From Blepharisma stoltei ATCC 30299 (taxonomy: Eukaryota > Protista > Ciliophora): a DNA stretch of 64,000 bases. The translations under genes were made by a program, and so were the position numbers. The notes under the pieces were generated by a model. It did no database searches. It was given only the letters and a program-made list of their open reading frames with translations, and was not told the origin of the DNA. Of the stretch, positions 35,835 through 47,330 are shown in pieces (position 1 is the first letter of the stretch; each line of letters opens with the position of its first letter). Location of the stretch: the NCBI GenBank assembly GCA_965603825.1, contig CBFDEM010000008.1:124001-188000 (forward strand), in the 5' to 3' direction.

Positions 35835-36653
35835 CTACATTGAGAGAAAAATAGACGGAGAAGGAGTCCCAGTGATATTTTCTTGATTACTTTGAAAGTA
35901 AATTTGGTTCCACATCGCAACTCCATCTCTATACCCAGGAGGCAATTCCCTAAACCCAAACATTTTCATTTGTGGGCTTAATGTTGCTTGTCCTGGCATT
36001 CTGTCACTCATCATAGATGGTGACATTTTCAAGGATGGTGACATCCTCATAGACGGTGACATCCTTATAGACGGTGACATCCTCATACGTTTTGCTTCGT
36101 TGTTTTCTGTTTGCTTATAAACTAAACTTACAGGGTCAGACCCTGGTGACAATTTTTCAGATTTTTTTACAAGGCTTTTCCATCGGTTTTTTACACTGTT
36201 TTCTGTTCTCCCTGACAGTCCTCTAGCGATTTCACTTCATTTGTTGCCGATGATTCTTTGCTGCTCGAGGATATAAATATCTTCTTCCGAGGTTCATTCA
36301 CCTTTGCGTAAGCTGGGATCGACATGGTTGTACCAATGCTCGCGACATTGCCGACCATTTCTAACTTCAACTTTTTGGTGCATGACGGAATTGAGCTCTT
36401 TTGCTATTGATTTCCATCCTTTGAGCCCTCGAGCCTCAACTATACGGTAAAGGACAATATCTTCGTTAAGAGACCATGTACTTGTTTTTAAACTGTCATA
36501 TCGAGTTTCTGCTGGAGCTATCGGTTGAAGTAAAGGTCGAAAATCTTGACCATTTGTACTTAAAATGCATGGTACGTAAAATACATCTCCTTCTATGTGC
36601 AGCAATAGTGGAGTAGACTTTTGGGAGGAGTTAGGCATCTCGGTGTTCTCCAT
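35835..36653 (-). CDS. R2R3-type Myb transcription factor, 272 aa
   Basis: WSLNED..WKSIA..RNGRQCREHWYNHVDP, then GE-W(TGA 36294)-TSEED..GNK-W(TGA 36237)-SEIARGLSGRTENSVKNRW. Ends TAG. Confidence 0.92.
36011..36087 (-). repeat. Four 18-nt tandem repeats encoding (R/K)MSPS(I/M/L) in the Myb C-terminus
   Basis: MRMSPSIRMSPSMRMSPSLKMSPSM; GGTGACAT recurs every 18 nt on the plus strand. Confidence 0.85.
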
Positions 36654-38557
36654 TTAAATAATATTATAGATAATAAATTTTAATTGCTATGAGTTTAAAA
36701 AAAAGTGATTTTATTAACACACTCATCAAGTTAAGGAAAATTAATTTAAATTTTAATTATGATATTGATTCTTATTTATGTTATTTACAATTAAAACCTT
36801 TGCCTTCGCAAAAATAAAAACCGTATATCCTATTGATAAGATAGTTTATAGGCAATAATCAAAGAGAAGTGATAAATTTGATTAAACTGATTAGCTTAAG
36901 GCAAAGTGCTTTCTTAATTTTTGGAGAGAGAGGCTTTAATTAAGTATAAAATTCAATAGCCGAGAAGATGGCATTAAGTATAAACGTCTGTTTTTTATTT
37001 CAAAGAAAACACAATAATCCAAAATATATAAAAAATAACTAGAAATAAGCCACATAAGCAGGCTAAATTTAAAATTTTTAAGAAGATTTTAAGTGCATTA
37101 GCTTGAAAAGAGACTATAAATTAATATTGATCAATTCGTAGAAATTATCAAATCAAGGTTTTTAATATAAATTTTACTACAGAAATTATATTTATAGTGA
37201 TATATATTTGATGAAAAATGTTTATCTGGTGAGCTTGAATCCCTAAAAATTATATGAAACTTCTAGCAATAGTTATTTCAATTATTAATTTAAATTTAGC
37301 ACAGGTGTCTGAAATTATTTGATTCAGAAAATTAAAATTGACTTTTTAGATGTTTGGATAGTAAAAATGTGCTTCTAGATCTGTTTAAAATCTTTGATAT
37401 ACTAAAAATATGATTTTGAAAGAATAATAATGAGGCTAATGCAGATAATCTTTTTAAGGTTTTGCATTTTCTTAATTTCTCTTTCTTTATTTGTCCCCAC
37501 GCTAATAATCAAGGGCGGTATCTTCTAAATATAAGTTGTATTCATTTTATAAATTCGATAAAACTTATTATTATTTTTGTTTTCTATTTATACAATTTTT
37601 ACGTAATTGCCTGCAGCCTCCATCTAATGACTTTTGTGCTTACTTATAAAAGGTAATTTCCTCTTTGTCCATATTTTTATGTTTTTCTTTCTAATCATTA
37701 TACAAAATATTTTCAATTTAGCTTGTTTTCTGATATGATAGAAGATTATAGTCTGGCCAAAAAATCAAACCGATTAATGTGTAGTAATTTTATATGACAA
37801 AATAATGAGCGAAGGAATACAGATGTTATATTTAAAATAAATAGGAAAGAAATTATCGAAAAACGAAATTGAAAGCTTTTAAAACTAAATTAATTGTGAT
37901 TAGAGATTACTAAGACTTAAAAGATAGAATTACAAAAGAAACAAAGAATTTTTAAACCATTTATTGCTTATAAAATCTATTAAAATTAAGAAATTAATAT
38001 TGGAGTAACTTTGCCAAGAAAGAAACATGTAAATAATCTCATAGGAGCTATAAAAGAAAACAAAGAAATTTAGGATTTCTAAAAACTTTAAGGAGAAGAA
38101 AATTATTTGTGACATATCTTACTGTACACTAAAATAAAATTAAAAAGCAGATCTAGGCTTATTATTATTAAAATATTTACAAATTTTTAAGATTAATTTA
38201 TTCATCAAAAGCTTTACTAATTTGATGCTATATGAGCTCGCCTTCTCACTTAATAAAAAAACCTATTTATCATTTCTTTCAATAATTATTGCCTTAAATA
38301 AAATTCTGTTGAATAATTAATTTTTAAGCCATAACTGCTTGCAATTTTTTGGTATTTATTCACAATCACCTTGATAAAATAGCTGCTTTCAATAAAAAGC
38401 TCAGTTTATTTTATCAGAAAGCGAGCTTCTATTTAATAAAATAGCCAAAATTTATCTAAAATTTTTAGCTTTCTTCAATCAAAATTACTCTTATATAAAT
38501 TCCTACTTTGTTATTCTAAACGTTTCAGTTCTAATCTAGTCTGTTCTTAATAAAAAT

Positions 38558-41500
38558 ATGGCTGACGAAGAAACCTTATCTTTAGAATCTTACATCCTCT
38601 CCAGCGACAAGGCCTCTGCCCTGAACTCCTTTTCTCCTTCTTCCACTTTTGGAGTCTTCCTTCGCCTCAACAACCTTCTTAGAGACGGTCAATTTAATAC
38701 CCCAGAATTTGCCTCAGTCCTAGAAGACCTCAAAAAAATGGACTCTTCTCTCTATAATAAAATTCAGATCAGAAAAACCTTAAAGGAATTAGAAACAACT
38801 GAAGACGAAGATAAAAGAAATAAAATCATTAATGAGCTTAATAATGAACACTTTAGATATAGATTCGACTATAATGCTCCTCAGTCGTCAGAAATTAAGC
38901 AAGAATATGAATACAGTTCCAAGCTTAGTGAAAATTTATTCCCAAAAGATTTTGAGGAGGCCCACAAGTTAACTAAGACCTTTGGCTTGCTAAGCCCACA
39001 AGGAAAGATGAAACTTGATGCAGCCAAAATGACGAATGAGATTTTTAAGTTCTTCTTAGAAATGAAAGAAATACATTGTATTAGTGGAGTCCCACAGAAA
39101 ATAGCAGAGCTGCTTAAGAGTAATAATTTCCATGAGCCAGAATGTTTTAAAAATTTAAGCATTGATCAACTTTATGAGATTTTAAGCTTGCATGAGCCAG
39201 TTCGTCAGAAGCCTGAATTTATTAAGGCACTGATAAATAAAAAGTATCTTCATTTGATAGGCTCTGACGACTTCGAGAATTATGAAATATATAAAAAGGT
39301 TTGGTTTGAGATCTCTGATTATCCAGAAAATTTAAATTCCTTAAAATCAACAATTCTTCTGAATTTGCTCACTCTGGGCAGGAATTTTGGGATTTATGAT
39401 GAAAAAATATTCCAAGAATACTTAAAAGCGCCTCGGCCAAGTAAAATTTTCTTTATAATTATCAAGGATTTTGAACAAAAATTAAGAAATTTTTCAGAAT
39501 TCTTGAGGGGTGATTGTCCTAGTGACCAAGAACTTGTAGAAGAGTATTTATTCGAAATTTTAAAAAATAAAGAAGATACAAGCGAATATGACAGATTTTT
39601 TGAAGAAAAATTCCTAAGAAGGACTTTCGCTTATATAAAAGTGCTTAACGGAGCTTCTCCTTCGCAGTTTGAAGACGTTTTTTCACATAAATATATAGAA
39701 GAAACAGCCAATAATATATCATTGGAGCCTTGTAGAGAAAACCCTCCATATTTCCAGAGAAATCAGCCAGTTCAATTTTCAGTCAAAGTTAAAAATGTCC
39801 AAAAACTTCTCGTCAAAGTCTTAGAGCTAAATACAAAGGCTTATTATTTAAAGCATAACTCACAGATTACCACTGATATTAATCTAGATGGGCTAGTAGC
39901 CAAATACGAAAGGACTTATGAATACAATGAATCCCCACTAGTTATCGCCAAAAGGACTCTAGACTTCCCAGAGCTTGCAGATAAAGCTGGGCTTTTTGTT
40001 ATAGAATTAATCGGAAATGGCCGCCATTGCCGCGTTATTATTAAAAAAGGCTCCTTAAAATACGTCTCCAAGCTAACAGCTGCTGGGCACTTAATTTTAA
40101 TTTTAAACGAAAATAACGAAATTTGTAAAGGCCCAGGGTCAGGTGTTACCATTGATGGCCGCTTTTATTCGACTGAAAATGATAAAGGGGTCGCATTTCT
40201 CCCATTCGCTAACACCCCAGCGACTAAAAATTTGATTTTAACTGATGGGATTATTACAGATTTAGTTGAAGGATTTTCCCATGCTGTTGAAAACTACCAA
40301 TTAAAAACCGCCTTTTTGGTCCATGAAGAACAATTACTAATGGGAAACCGAGCCACTATTTCTATAAAGCCACGATTATACGTAAATGGCACCAAAGCTA
40401 ACGATTCTTTAATAAAAGACTGCAAAGCAGCTATAACTACAACTGACGTTGAAGGGATCACAGCCAGCAGAATTTACCCTAATCTTTTTATTCCAGCTGG
40501 AAATTCATTAATAAATCTTGATATAGAAATCCCTCCAAGGCTAAGAAGCATGAATATTTCATTTACTGGTGAAGTCGAAAGTGTGACTAAAAAAGACCAA
40601 AAAAATTCTTTAAATTCTACATATACAATTTCTGTCAATGAAAATCTTGGGAATACAATTATATATGGAGCTTATCTGAAATATGGAAACCAAGGGTACC
40701 AAGTAGAGCTGAGAGGCAGAGGTGGCGAACCATTGCCAAGACAGCAGATTCAGGTAACTTTATATCATGAAGACTGGAAAAAAGAAAATAAAGAAACCCT
40801 TATGACTGATGAAAATGGAAATATTTATTTAGGATCCCTAAAAAATATTACCAACGTCAGAATATCGACTAATGTCCATCAGCAGGCCCAAAACTTTGAA
40901 TGGAGCCTTGGGACCTTTAAAAGCAGAATTCAGTACCCATCAGTCCTTAATCTGTGTGAAGGCGACGAGTTTGGAATCCCCGTCAATTTTGAAACCCCAG
41001 AAATCAATTTTAGAGAGGTAAATCTGCTTTCTATTAAAAATGGAAATTTTATTGACAGTTTTAATAAAAAGCTGAAATATGACCATGAGACGTCTATTTT
41101 GCTGCTTAAAGATTTAGAAAAAGGAGAATACAGCTTGAAAATCGGCAGCCAAAATATTACGATTTTTGTCAGAGATGGGGTGCATTGGGGTGATAACCAA
41201 TTTATTTTATCAGAAAATGTGGTGGTCCCTACATCAGGGCAATATAGGTCATTATCTATAAAATCAGCTGAAACTGAGGAAAATAAGCTAAAAGTTGACC
41301 TTGCAGGGGACTATGATAATGCAGTAATTCATGCGCTTTATTTCAATTATTTGAATAATAAAGTCCTGGAAGAGTTTTCTCAGCTTTATTCTTTATATGT
41401 AGAGCCTGACCAAACTGCGTTTATTTTTGCTAAACAAAAATCGCATTATTTGCCAAGCAGAAAACTTGATGAGGAATACCAATATACGCTGGAAAGGAAA

Positions 41501-44500
41501 TATTTGGCCAAACACCCTGGAAACACCCTTGCGAAGCCACAGTTGTTGCTGAAAAGGCTGTTTATAAATGATACAACGACTGAAACTCAGCAAGCCCGAG
41601 CTGGAGATAGTATAAGAAGAGCAGAAATGGACAAGTGCTATAGATCTTCAGCAATGGCGAGGAATTACCAAAGCGATTTGCTTGGTGAGCCTATAGGAGT
41701 TTCAGGCCAAGGCCAAATGCTTGATTTCTTAGAAAACCCTGCAAAATGGCTATATAATTTAGAAGTAGACGATGGAAAAGTGGAAATTCCAGTGGAAGAT
41801 TTGAATTATTCACATGTTTTGATATTAGCTACAAATGGAGAAGGATTATCGTCAAAATTAGTGAATTTTGAAGCCTCTAATATAAAAATAAGGCAGCTTG
41901 GCTTAGCGAAATCGCTGGATAAGGAAATAGCGTATTCAGAGCAAATGAAGTCGAAAGGGATTTTTTCAGGTGAAAATTTCACTATTGGAGATATTTCTAG
42001 CACCACTTATGAAATTATTGATTCTGTTGATAAATTGTATAGGCTTCAAAAAGAGCTGATAAAAACTAATGGGAGCAGGGTAGCCTATGATCCTTGGGAT
42101 TTCTTAGGAAGATGGCATACGTTGCCTTATGCCAAAAAACTTGAACTCTATGACAAATATATGTCCCATGAGCTGAATTTATTTATCTATAAAAAAGATC
42201 CTACCTTCTTTTCTGAAGTAATTTATCCATTTTTATCCTCAAAAATGGAAAAAGATATTGTGGATTTATACCTTCTGTCTCAGCCTCTAGATGAATATGC
42301 TAGTTTAAATAATTTTTTGAAGCTTAACACCCTTGAAAAAATTCTGCTCATAGAAAGAACTGCAGAAACCAACCCAGATTTCTCAAGAGAAGCTGCTAAA
42401 ACCTTGAAAGACGAAACAGACGCAAAGGCAAGAAATTATCAATTGAGAAATAGAAGAATTGAAACTGTGCTGAGATTTAATTTAATTAGTGGAGAGCCAC
42501 AGCAGCCTAGATTGGCAATGGCACCACCTCCAATGGCAATGGCGGCTTCACCCCCAGCAATGTTTGGAGGAATGGAATGCTCAATGAGCATTGGAAACTT
42601 CATGCAAGCGAGCTGTGAAAGCAAAAGTATGGTTAGGTCAGCACCGAAAATGAAGATGGCTAGGGGGAGAATGGAAAAGAGTGCTGTAAAAATGGAAGAA
42701 TCAGAGGATCCATTTTCTTTAATGGATGAAGATCAAAGTGATGAATATGTTGAAAGTACAAGAAATGCCATGCCGACTTATTATCAAAAAATGGATTCAA
42801 CTAAGGAATTTGCTGAAACCTTTTATTACGATATAAAAAATCTTACCCAAAACAGCAGCTTAGTGCCAAATAAACGCTTTTGGTCAGAGCTCGCAAATGC
42901 AGTTGCAAATAAGCATTCTTATATATTATCAGAAGATATTTTAGAAACCACAGACACTCTTACAGAGCTTGTCTGCTCTTTAGCATTTTCGGATCTACCT
43001 TTTACAGCTGAAAAGCACGCTTATTCCTTAGAAGGAAGGTCAATTACCTATACAGCAGGAAGCAATTTCTTAGTTTTCTTTAAAGAACTCGCTGAAACTT
43101 CTTCAGAAATAAATACCCAGGTCCTTGTAGCCCAGCGATATTTTGATCCAAATGACCGTTATATACAAGACCAAGAAGGCACCAAAGATAAAACCATTAC
43201 CCAGTTCATAAAACAGAAAATTTATGCTTGCCAAGTTGTGATTACTAATACAGCAGGCTCTCAAATAAATGTTAGCGTTTTAACTGAAGTTCCACAAGGC
43301 AGTATCCCTGTAAGTCCTCCTAAATATACGTCAAATCAAATTATGACACTACCTAATTTCCATACCCAGACCTTCGAATATCAGTTTTACTTTCCTAATT
43401 CTGGGGTATTCACCCATTATCCAGCTAATATTACTTATAATGAAAAAGTCATTGCAAAGGCTGATTCTAAAGATTTAGAAGTAAATGATGTTATTAGGGT
43501 GGATAAATTTGAAACTTTTAAAGATTTGGTGCTCAGTGGAAGAAAAGACTTGGTTTTGGAATTTTTGACTAATGAAAATTTATTTAGCAAGGCAAAAGAG
43601 TTCGATGTTTACAATTTTTGCTGGATGTTAAAGGATAAGATATTCTGGGAAAAAGTCATAAAAATTTTAAAGGCAAGAAATTATTACTTTGATGTAGTCT
43701 GGAGCTTTGGGATTTTCCATAAAAATTTAGAAATTCTGAAAGACATTATAGCGACTAAGCCTGAATTTGTCAATAAAATTGGGAATTTCTTCAAATCAGA
43801 ACTAATCACAACTGGAAAAGGAGACCACCGACATTTAGAATTCGACCCATTAGTAAATGCAAGAGCTCATAGGCTTGGAAATCAGCCAAGAATTACTAAT
43901 AACAGGTTCAAAAAAGTTTATAAAGAATTTTTAGAATATTTAGCAGAAAAAGAAAGCCTTGATGTAGAAGACCAGCTGGGGCTTGCCCAATACTATATTC
44001 TTCAAGACCGCTACCAAGAAGCTACTGATATTTATAAATCCATCCCACTTAAGGCATCCCAAGATAAATCAGGAGCTTCTTATCTCCAAATCCAATACGA
44101 TTACCTATCCTGCTACCTTGACATTAATTTAGCTGGCCCTGTCTCTGCTTTATACGAAAATTACCCAGTTAATACTTGGAAAAAATTATTTAATGAGGTC
44201 ATTAAATTAGTCAGAGAAATCAGTGCCCAAGAAGTTCTTGTTAAGGCTGAAGCCAAAGAAAACGAGCCAAGCTTGATGTTTACTGTTGAAGGCGGAGAAA
44301 TTAAGCTAAATTACCAATTTGTAAAGCACTGCAAGGTCAGGCTTTACAAGATTGACTTAGAAGTCCTTTTCTCTAAAAATCCATTTTTAATCGAAAATAC
44401 CCAAGATTTCGGATTTGTCAAGCCAAATATAGAAATTGAGGTAGACCTGCCTGAAAATGGGGAAGGTATAGTAAAAATCCCTGAAGAGTTTGAAGGGCAA

Positions 44501-44833
44501 AATATCGTGATTGAAGTCGATTATGGAACTTATACGGTCTCTAAGTCCCATTTCGCTACAAGCTTAAAGATTAATTTGATTGAAAGATATGGAGTTATTA
44601 AAGTTATGAACAGCAATTTAATGCCAAGACCAGCAGCTTATGTAAAAGCATTCGTTAAAAGAAGCAATGGAAACGTAGAGTTTTATAAGGACGGGTACAC
44701 TGATGTCAGAGGAAAATTCGATTACGTGTCCTTAAATACAGACACTTTGTCTACCATTCAGAAATTCGCTTTACTTGTGGTCGATGATGAATTTGGGTCA
44801 CTCGTTCATGAAGCTAATCCACCTCCCCAATAA
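38558..44833 (+). CDS. Giant 2091-aa protein with macroglobulin-like beta-sandwich segments (resembles the Dictyostelium AbpF / bacterial large-protein family)
   Basis: Uninterrupted ORF. Motifs DINLDGLVA, GLFVIELIGNG, LEFDPLVNARAH, LYKIDLEVLFSKNPF, FYKDGYTDVRGKFDY. No signal peptide or TM segment. Family assignment is from recall. Confidence 0.7.
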   Translation: MADEETLSLESYILSSDKASALNSFSPSSTFGVFLRLNNLLRDGQFNTPEFASVLEDLKKMDSSLYNKIQIRKTLKELETTEDEDKRNKIINELNNEHFRYRFDYNAPQSSEIKQEYEYSSKLSENLFPKDFEEAHKLTKTFGLLSPQGKMKLDAAKMTNEIFKFFLEMKEIHCISGVPQKIAELLKSNNFHEPECFKNLSIDQLYEILSLHEPVRQKPEFIKALINKKYLHLIGSDDFENYEIYKKVWFEISDYPENLNSLKSTILLNLLTLGRNFGIYDEKIFQEYLKAPRPSKIFFIIIKDFEQKLRNFSEFLRGDCPSDQELVEEYLFEILKNKEDTSEYDRFFEEKFLRRTFAYIKVLNGASPSQFEDVFSHKYIEETANNISLEPCRENPPYFQRNQPVQFSVKVKNVQKLLVKVLELNTKAYYLKHNSQITTDINLDGLVAKYERTYEYNESPLVIAKRTLDFPELADKAGLFVIELIGNGRHCRVIIKKGSLKYVSKLTAAGHLILILNENNEICKGPGSGVTIDGRFYSTENDKGVAFLPFANTPATKNLILTDGIITDLVEGFSHAVENYQLKTAFLVHEEQLLMGNRATISIKPRLYVNGTKANDSLIKDCKAAITTTDVEGITASRIYPNLFIPAGNSLINLDIEIPPRLRSMNISFTGEVESVTKKDQKNSLNSTYTISVNENLGNTIIYGAYLKYGNQGYQVELRGRGGEPLPRQQIQVTLYHEDWKKENKETLMTDENGNIYLGSLKNITNVRISTNVHQQAQNFEWSLGTFKSRIQYPSVLNLCEGDEFGIPVNFETPEINFREVNLLSIKNGNFIDSFNKKLKYDHETSILLLKDLEKGEYSLKIGSQNITIFVRDGVHWGDNQFILSENVVVPTSGQYRSLSIKSAETEENKLKVDLAGDYDNAVIHALYFNYLNNKVLEEFSQLYSLYVEPDQTAFIFAKQKSHYLPSRKLDEEYQYTLERKYLAKHPGNTLAKPQLLLKRLFINDTTTETQQARAGDSIRRAEMDKCYRSSAMARNYQSDLLGEPIGVSGQGQMLDFLENPAKWLYNLEVDDGKVEIPVEDLNYSHVLILATNGEGLSSKLVNFEASNIKIRQLGLAKSLDKEIAYSEQMKSKGIFSGENFTIGDISSTTYEIIDSVDKLYRLQKELIKTNGSRVAYDPWDFLGRWHTLPYAKKLELYDKYMSHELNLFIYKKDPTFFSEVIYPFLSSKMEKDIVDLYLLSQPLDEYASLNNFLKLNTLEKILLIERTAETNPDFSREAAKTLKDETDAKARNYQLRNRRIETVLRFNLISGEPQQPRLAMAPPPMAMAASPPAMFGGMECSMSIGNFMQASCESKSMVRSAPKMKMARGRMEKSAVKMEESEDPFSLMDEDQSDEYVESTRNAMPTYYQKMDSTKEFAETFYYDIKNLTQNSSLVPNKRFWSELANAVANKHSYILSEDILETTDTLTELVCSLAFSDLPFTAEKHAYSLEGRSITYTAGSNFLVFFKELAETSSEINTQVLVAQRYFDPNDRYIQDQEGTKDKTITQFIKQKIYACQVVITNTAGSQINVSVLTEVPQGSIPVSPPKYTSNQIMTLPNFHTQTFEYQFYFPNSGVFTHYPANITYNEKVIAKADSKDLEVNDVIRVDKFETFKDLVLSGRKDLVLEFLTNENLFSKAKEFDVYNFCWMLKDKIFWEKVIKILKARNYYFDVVWSFGIFHKNLEILKDIIATKPEFVNKIGNFFKSELITTGKGDHRHLEFDPLVNARAHRLGNQPRITNNRFKKVYKEFLEYLAEKESLDVEDQLGLAQYYILQDRYQEATDIYKSIPLKASQDKSGASYLQIQYDYLSCYLDINLAGPVSALYENYPVNTWKKLFNEVIKLVREISAQEVLVKAEAKENEPSLMFTVEGGEIKLNYQFVKHCKVRLYKIDLEVLFSKNPFLIENTQDFGFVKPNIEIEVDLPENGEGIVKIPEEFEGQNIVIEVDYGTYTVSKSHFATSLKINLIERYGVIKVMNSNLMPRPAAYVKAFVKRSNGNVEFYKDGYTDVRGKFDYVSLNTDTLSTIQKFALLVVDDEFGSLVHEANPPPQ

Positions 44834-44861
44834 CGATTAATTAATTAATTTAAAAAAAATA

Positions 44862-46760
44862 TTAAATTTTTAAAAAACTTGACAATTTATCAGAAAGCAA
44901 TTTTCTTTCTCTGCTGATTTCTTCGCACTCGCTCAGAATTTTCATTTGCCGCTTTTTGTATTCTTCAGCGAAATTCATTTTTAAAGACTCAAAATTGGCA
45001 TCGTCAACAGAGTCATACTCAAAGCTGCCATTAGATTCGTGGCCTGGGCTTTTTAATGTCTCTTTAGGGAGTTCTTGAATTTCTTCTTTTTCGTCCTCTT
45101 TATAGATTTCTTCTTGAACAGACTCAAAATTCTCTAAATTGACTGACCCAAACTGTCCTAAATTTTCAGAAACTTGGAAATGCAGAGACTCGAAATTTTG
45201 TTTATCTGGGTCATTGAGGCTCATATAGTTCTCAAAAGTTTCTTTATACCCATTTTTTGGAGTATCCAAGGAGTGGATACTTTCAAATCTGGTCGCCATA
45301 TCATTCCATTCTGTAATGTATTTTTTCTTATTTTTTGATAATCTTTCTTCTGCATCCTGCAGCTCTGCAAATCTGGCTGTTAAAAATTCTTCTTGTCTAT
45401 GCAATTCTTCAAACTGCGAATTAAAATCTGTTTGCTTCTTCAAAAATTGCTCTTTTTGGCTTGCCAAGCTTTCTTCAAGAGAATTTAATTTTTCCATGCG
45501 GAAATTAAACTCTTCTTCATGCTTTTGTTCCCTTTGGGCAAGCTCAATTTCTTTTAAATTTATTTTTTCTAGTTCTTCTTCTAGCTGTTTTAGCTTAGAA
45601 TTGTTTACAATTTCTGCCTCGTTTTCTTCGTCTGATTTTGATGTGACCAAATTAGCGATTTCTTCTTCTTTCATCCTTAGGCTTAATTTTAGCTGCTCGT
45701 TTTCTTGAATCATTTGTTTTTTTGAAATTTCAAATTCAAGCTCTTTTGCTTTGGATTTTTTTGAAAAATCGTCGAACTGTTTTTCTAAGTCTTTTAGAGC
45801 GATTTCAGCAATAATTTCTTTAAGAATCCCTTGGCAGATGTCATTTCTTGATTTATCGTCAACTTCAGGCTTTACGCCAGCATGAAAAGCCATGTTTTTC
45901 TCTTTGATTTTAAGTCTTCTTTCTTTTTCTGTTAAATACTCATCTTTTTCTATCAATTCTTTCTCTTTTCTAATGATTTCAAGAATTCTTTTTTCTAATT
46001 CTAATGCAGTTACTTTAAGCTGGCATTCAAATTTTTCAAGCTCTTCTTTTTGGTCTCTATAGAAGCTTTTATTTTCATTCCCTTTATTAAAATATGCAAT
46101 TTCTTTTTCCCTCTTCACAATTTCTTGTTCTTTTAAATCAAGCTCTGTGAATTTTTTTACCAAAAAATTTTCCATATTCCTTATTTTTAATAAATTTTGG
46201 CTTTCCCTATACTTAATCTCGTTTTCCAGCTCTCTTTCTCTTATATTTAAAGTCTGTTTTCTTTTATCTAAATCAAATTCGATTTCTCTGAGACTTTCCA
46301 ATTTAGTTTCCATTTCTCTTAATAATAAATTTACTTTGGCATTCATATAGGGGTCATTTTCTGACTTTTTAGGGGTTATATAGCTTTTTTCTGATCTTCT
46401 ATGTATATGCAGTCTGTCTGTGCCTCATGGGATTGGAGAGGAAGATAGATTTTTGGAGCGGCTGGGCAATGGAGATTCAGATCTATTTTGGCTTTCTTCA
46501 TGGATAACGTCAACTTTTGTTTTAATTGAGCTTAGTTTATTGTCAAGCTCTTTTAAGGAAGCGTTTAAGTTTACAATTTCAGCTTCTTCAGGCTCTGGGA
46601 TTTTCACTAAATTTTCTTGGTAACTGAGTTGACGTTTTTTAATGCTTGATGTAGGCTTGTTTCTATTGATAAAGGCTGAGAGTCGCATACGCTGCTGCTC
46701 ATCGACTTTGATGGTTTTGTAGCCTCCTGTTTCTTCGTTTTGTGAATTATTTCGACTCAT
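44862..46760 (-). CDS. Glu/Lys-rich coiled-coil protein, ~632 aa
   Basis: ORF 46425-46760 joins 44862-46346 in frame via TGA at 46425; long heptad-rich region. Confidence 0.78.
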
Positions 46761-47330
46761 TAAGATGTTTTTATACTTTTGATAAATTATCGTTAATCAA
46801 AATTATTAAAATTTATGATTTATTGGAGAACTTATTTCATAAAAGGTTACTAAAATTGTTACACTAATCATTTAAAAAATAATTAATAAATTTCTCATGT
46901 TATATAAATAATTTTTATTAACTTTGGAGTTTCTTTTAGCTGTAATAAGTAATATTTGCTATTTTTTCTCTAAGAAAGATTAGACTAGATTTAATTTTAA
47001 TGCAATTAGCCGGCTGTTTCAGGGGCATGTCCAAGTAACTTCCTTTTTTCATTCTTTTCAGTCTAATAAATGAGCTTTTATAGCGCCAAAACTTTCAAGT
47101 CTTTTTCTATTTCTTGAATTGTCATATTTACTGCTCTCTTTTCCCCTTGAATTTTGTCGTCAAATATTTTTAAATTATCAATAAAGAATAAACTAAATGC
47201 TAATTAATTTTTTAAATGAATATTAAATATTTTATCAAATTTATCCCTTATAAAAACTCTGATTTCCTTTATTTTAATTACGTATTTCATTTTAAACTAA
47301 ATAAATTAAATCAAGATTATTCTCTATTAG

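Noticed and set aside
37462-38115. ORFs 37462-37656 (+) and 37930-38115 (-)
   Set aside because: F/I/L-rich translations typical of AT-rich non-coding DNA.
8518-44850. TTAATTAA shortly after several stop codons (8518, 18387, 20982, 24265, 44837) as a terminator or poly(A) signal
   Set aside because: Also found upstream of genes, and expected often by chance in very AT-rich spacers; needs genome-wide statistics.
1965-46623. Many short antisense or alternate-frame ORFs in the track (e.g. 1965-2228, 16020-17555, 31469-31939, 45316-45708)
   Set aside because: Shadows of real genes on the opposite strand; S/F/L-rich with no motifs.
47005-47200. Minus-strand coding-like stretch FDDKIQGEKRAVNMTIQEIEKDLKVLAL*KLIY*TEKNEKRKLLGHAPETAG
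   Set aside because: Two TAA/TAG stops, no canonical 15/16-nt intron to remove them, and no recognisable homology; at most a remnant.
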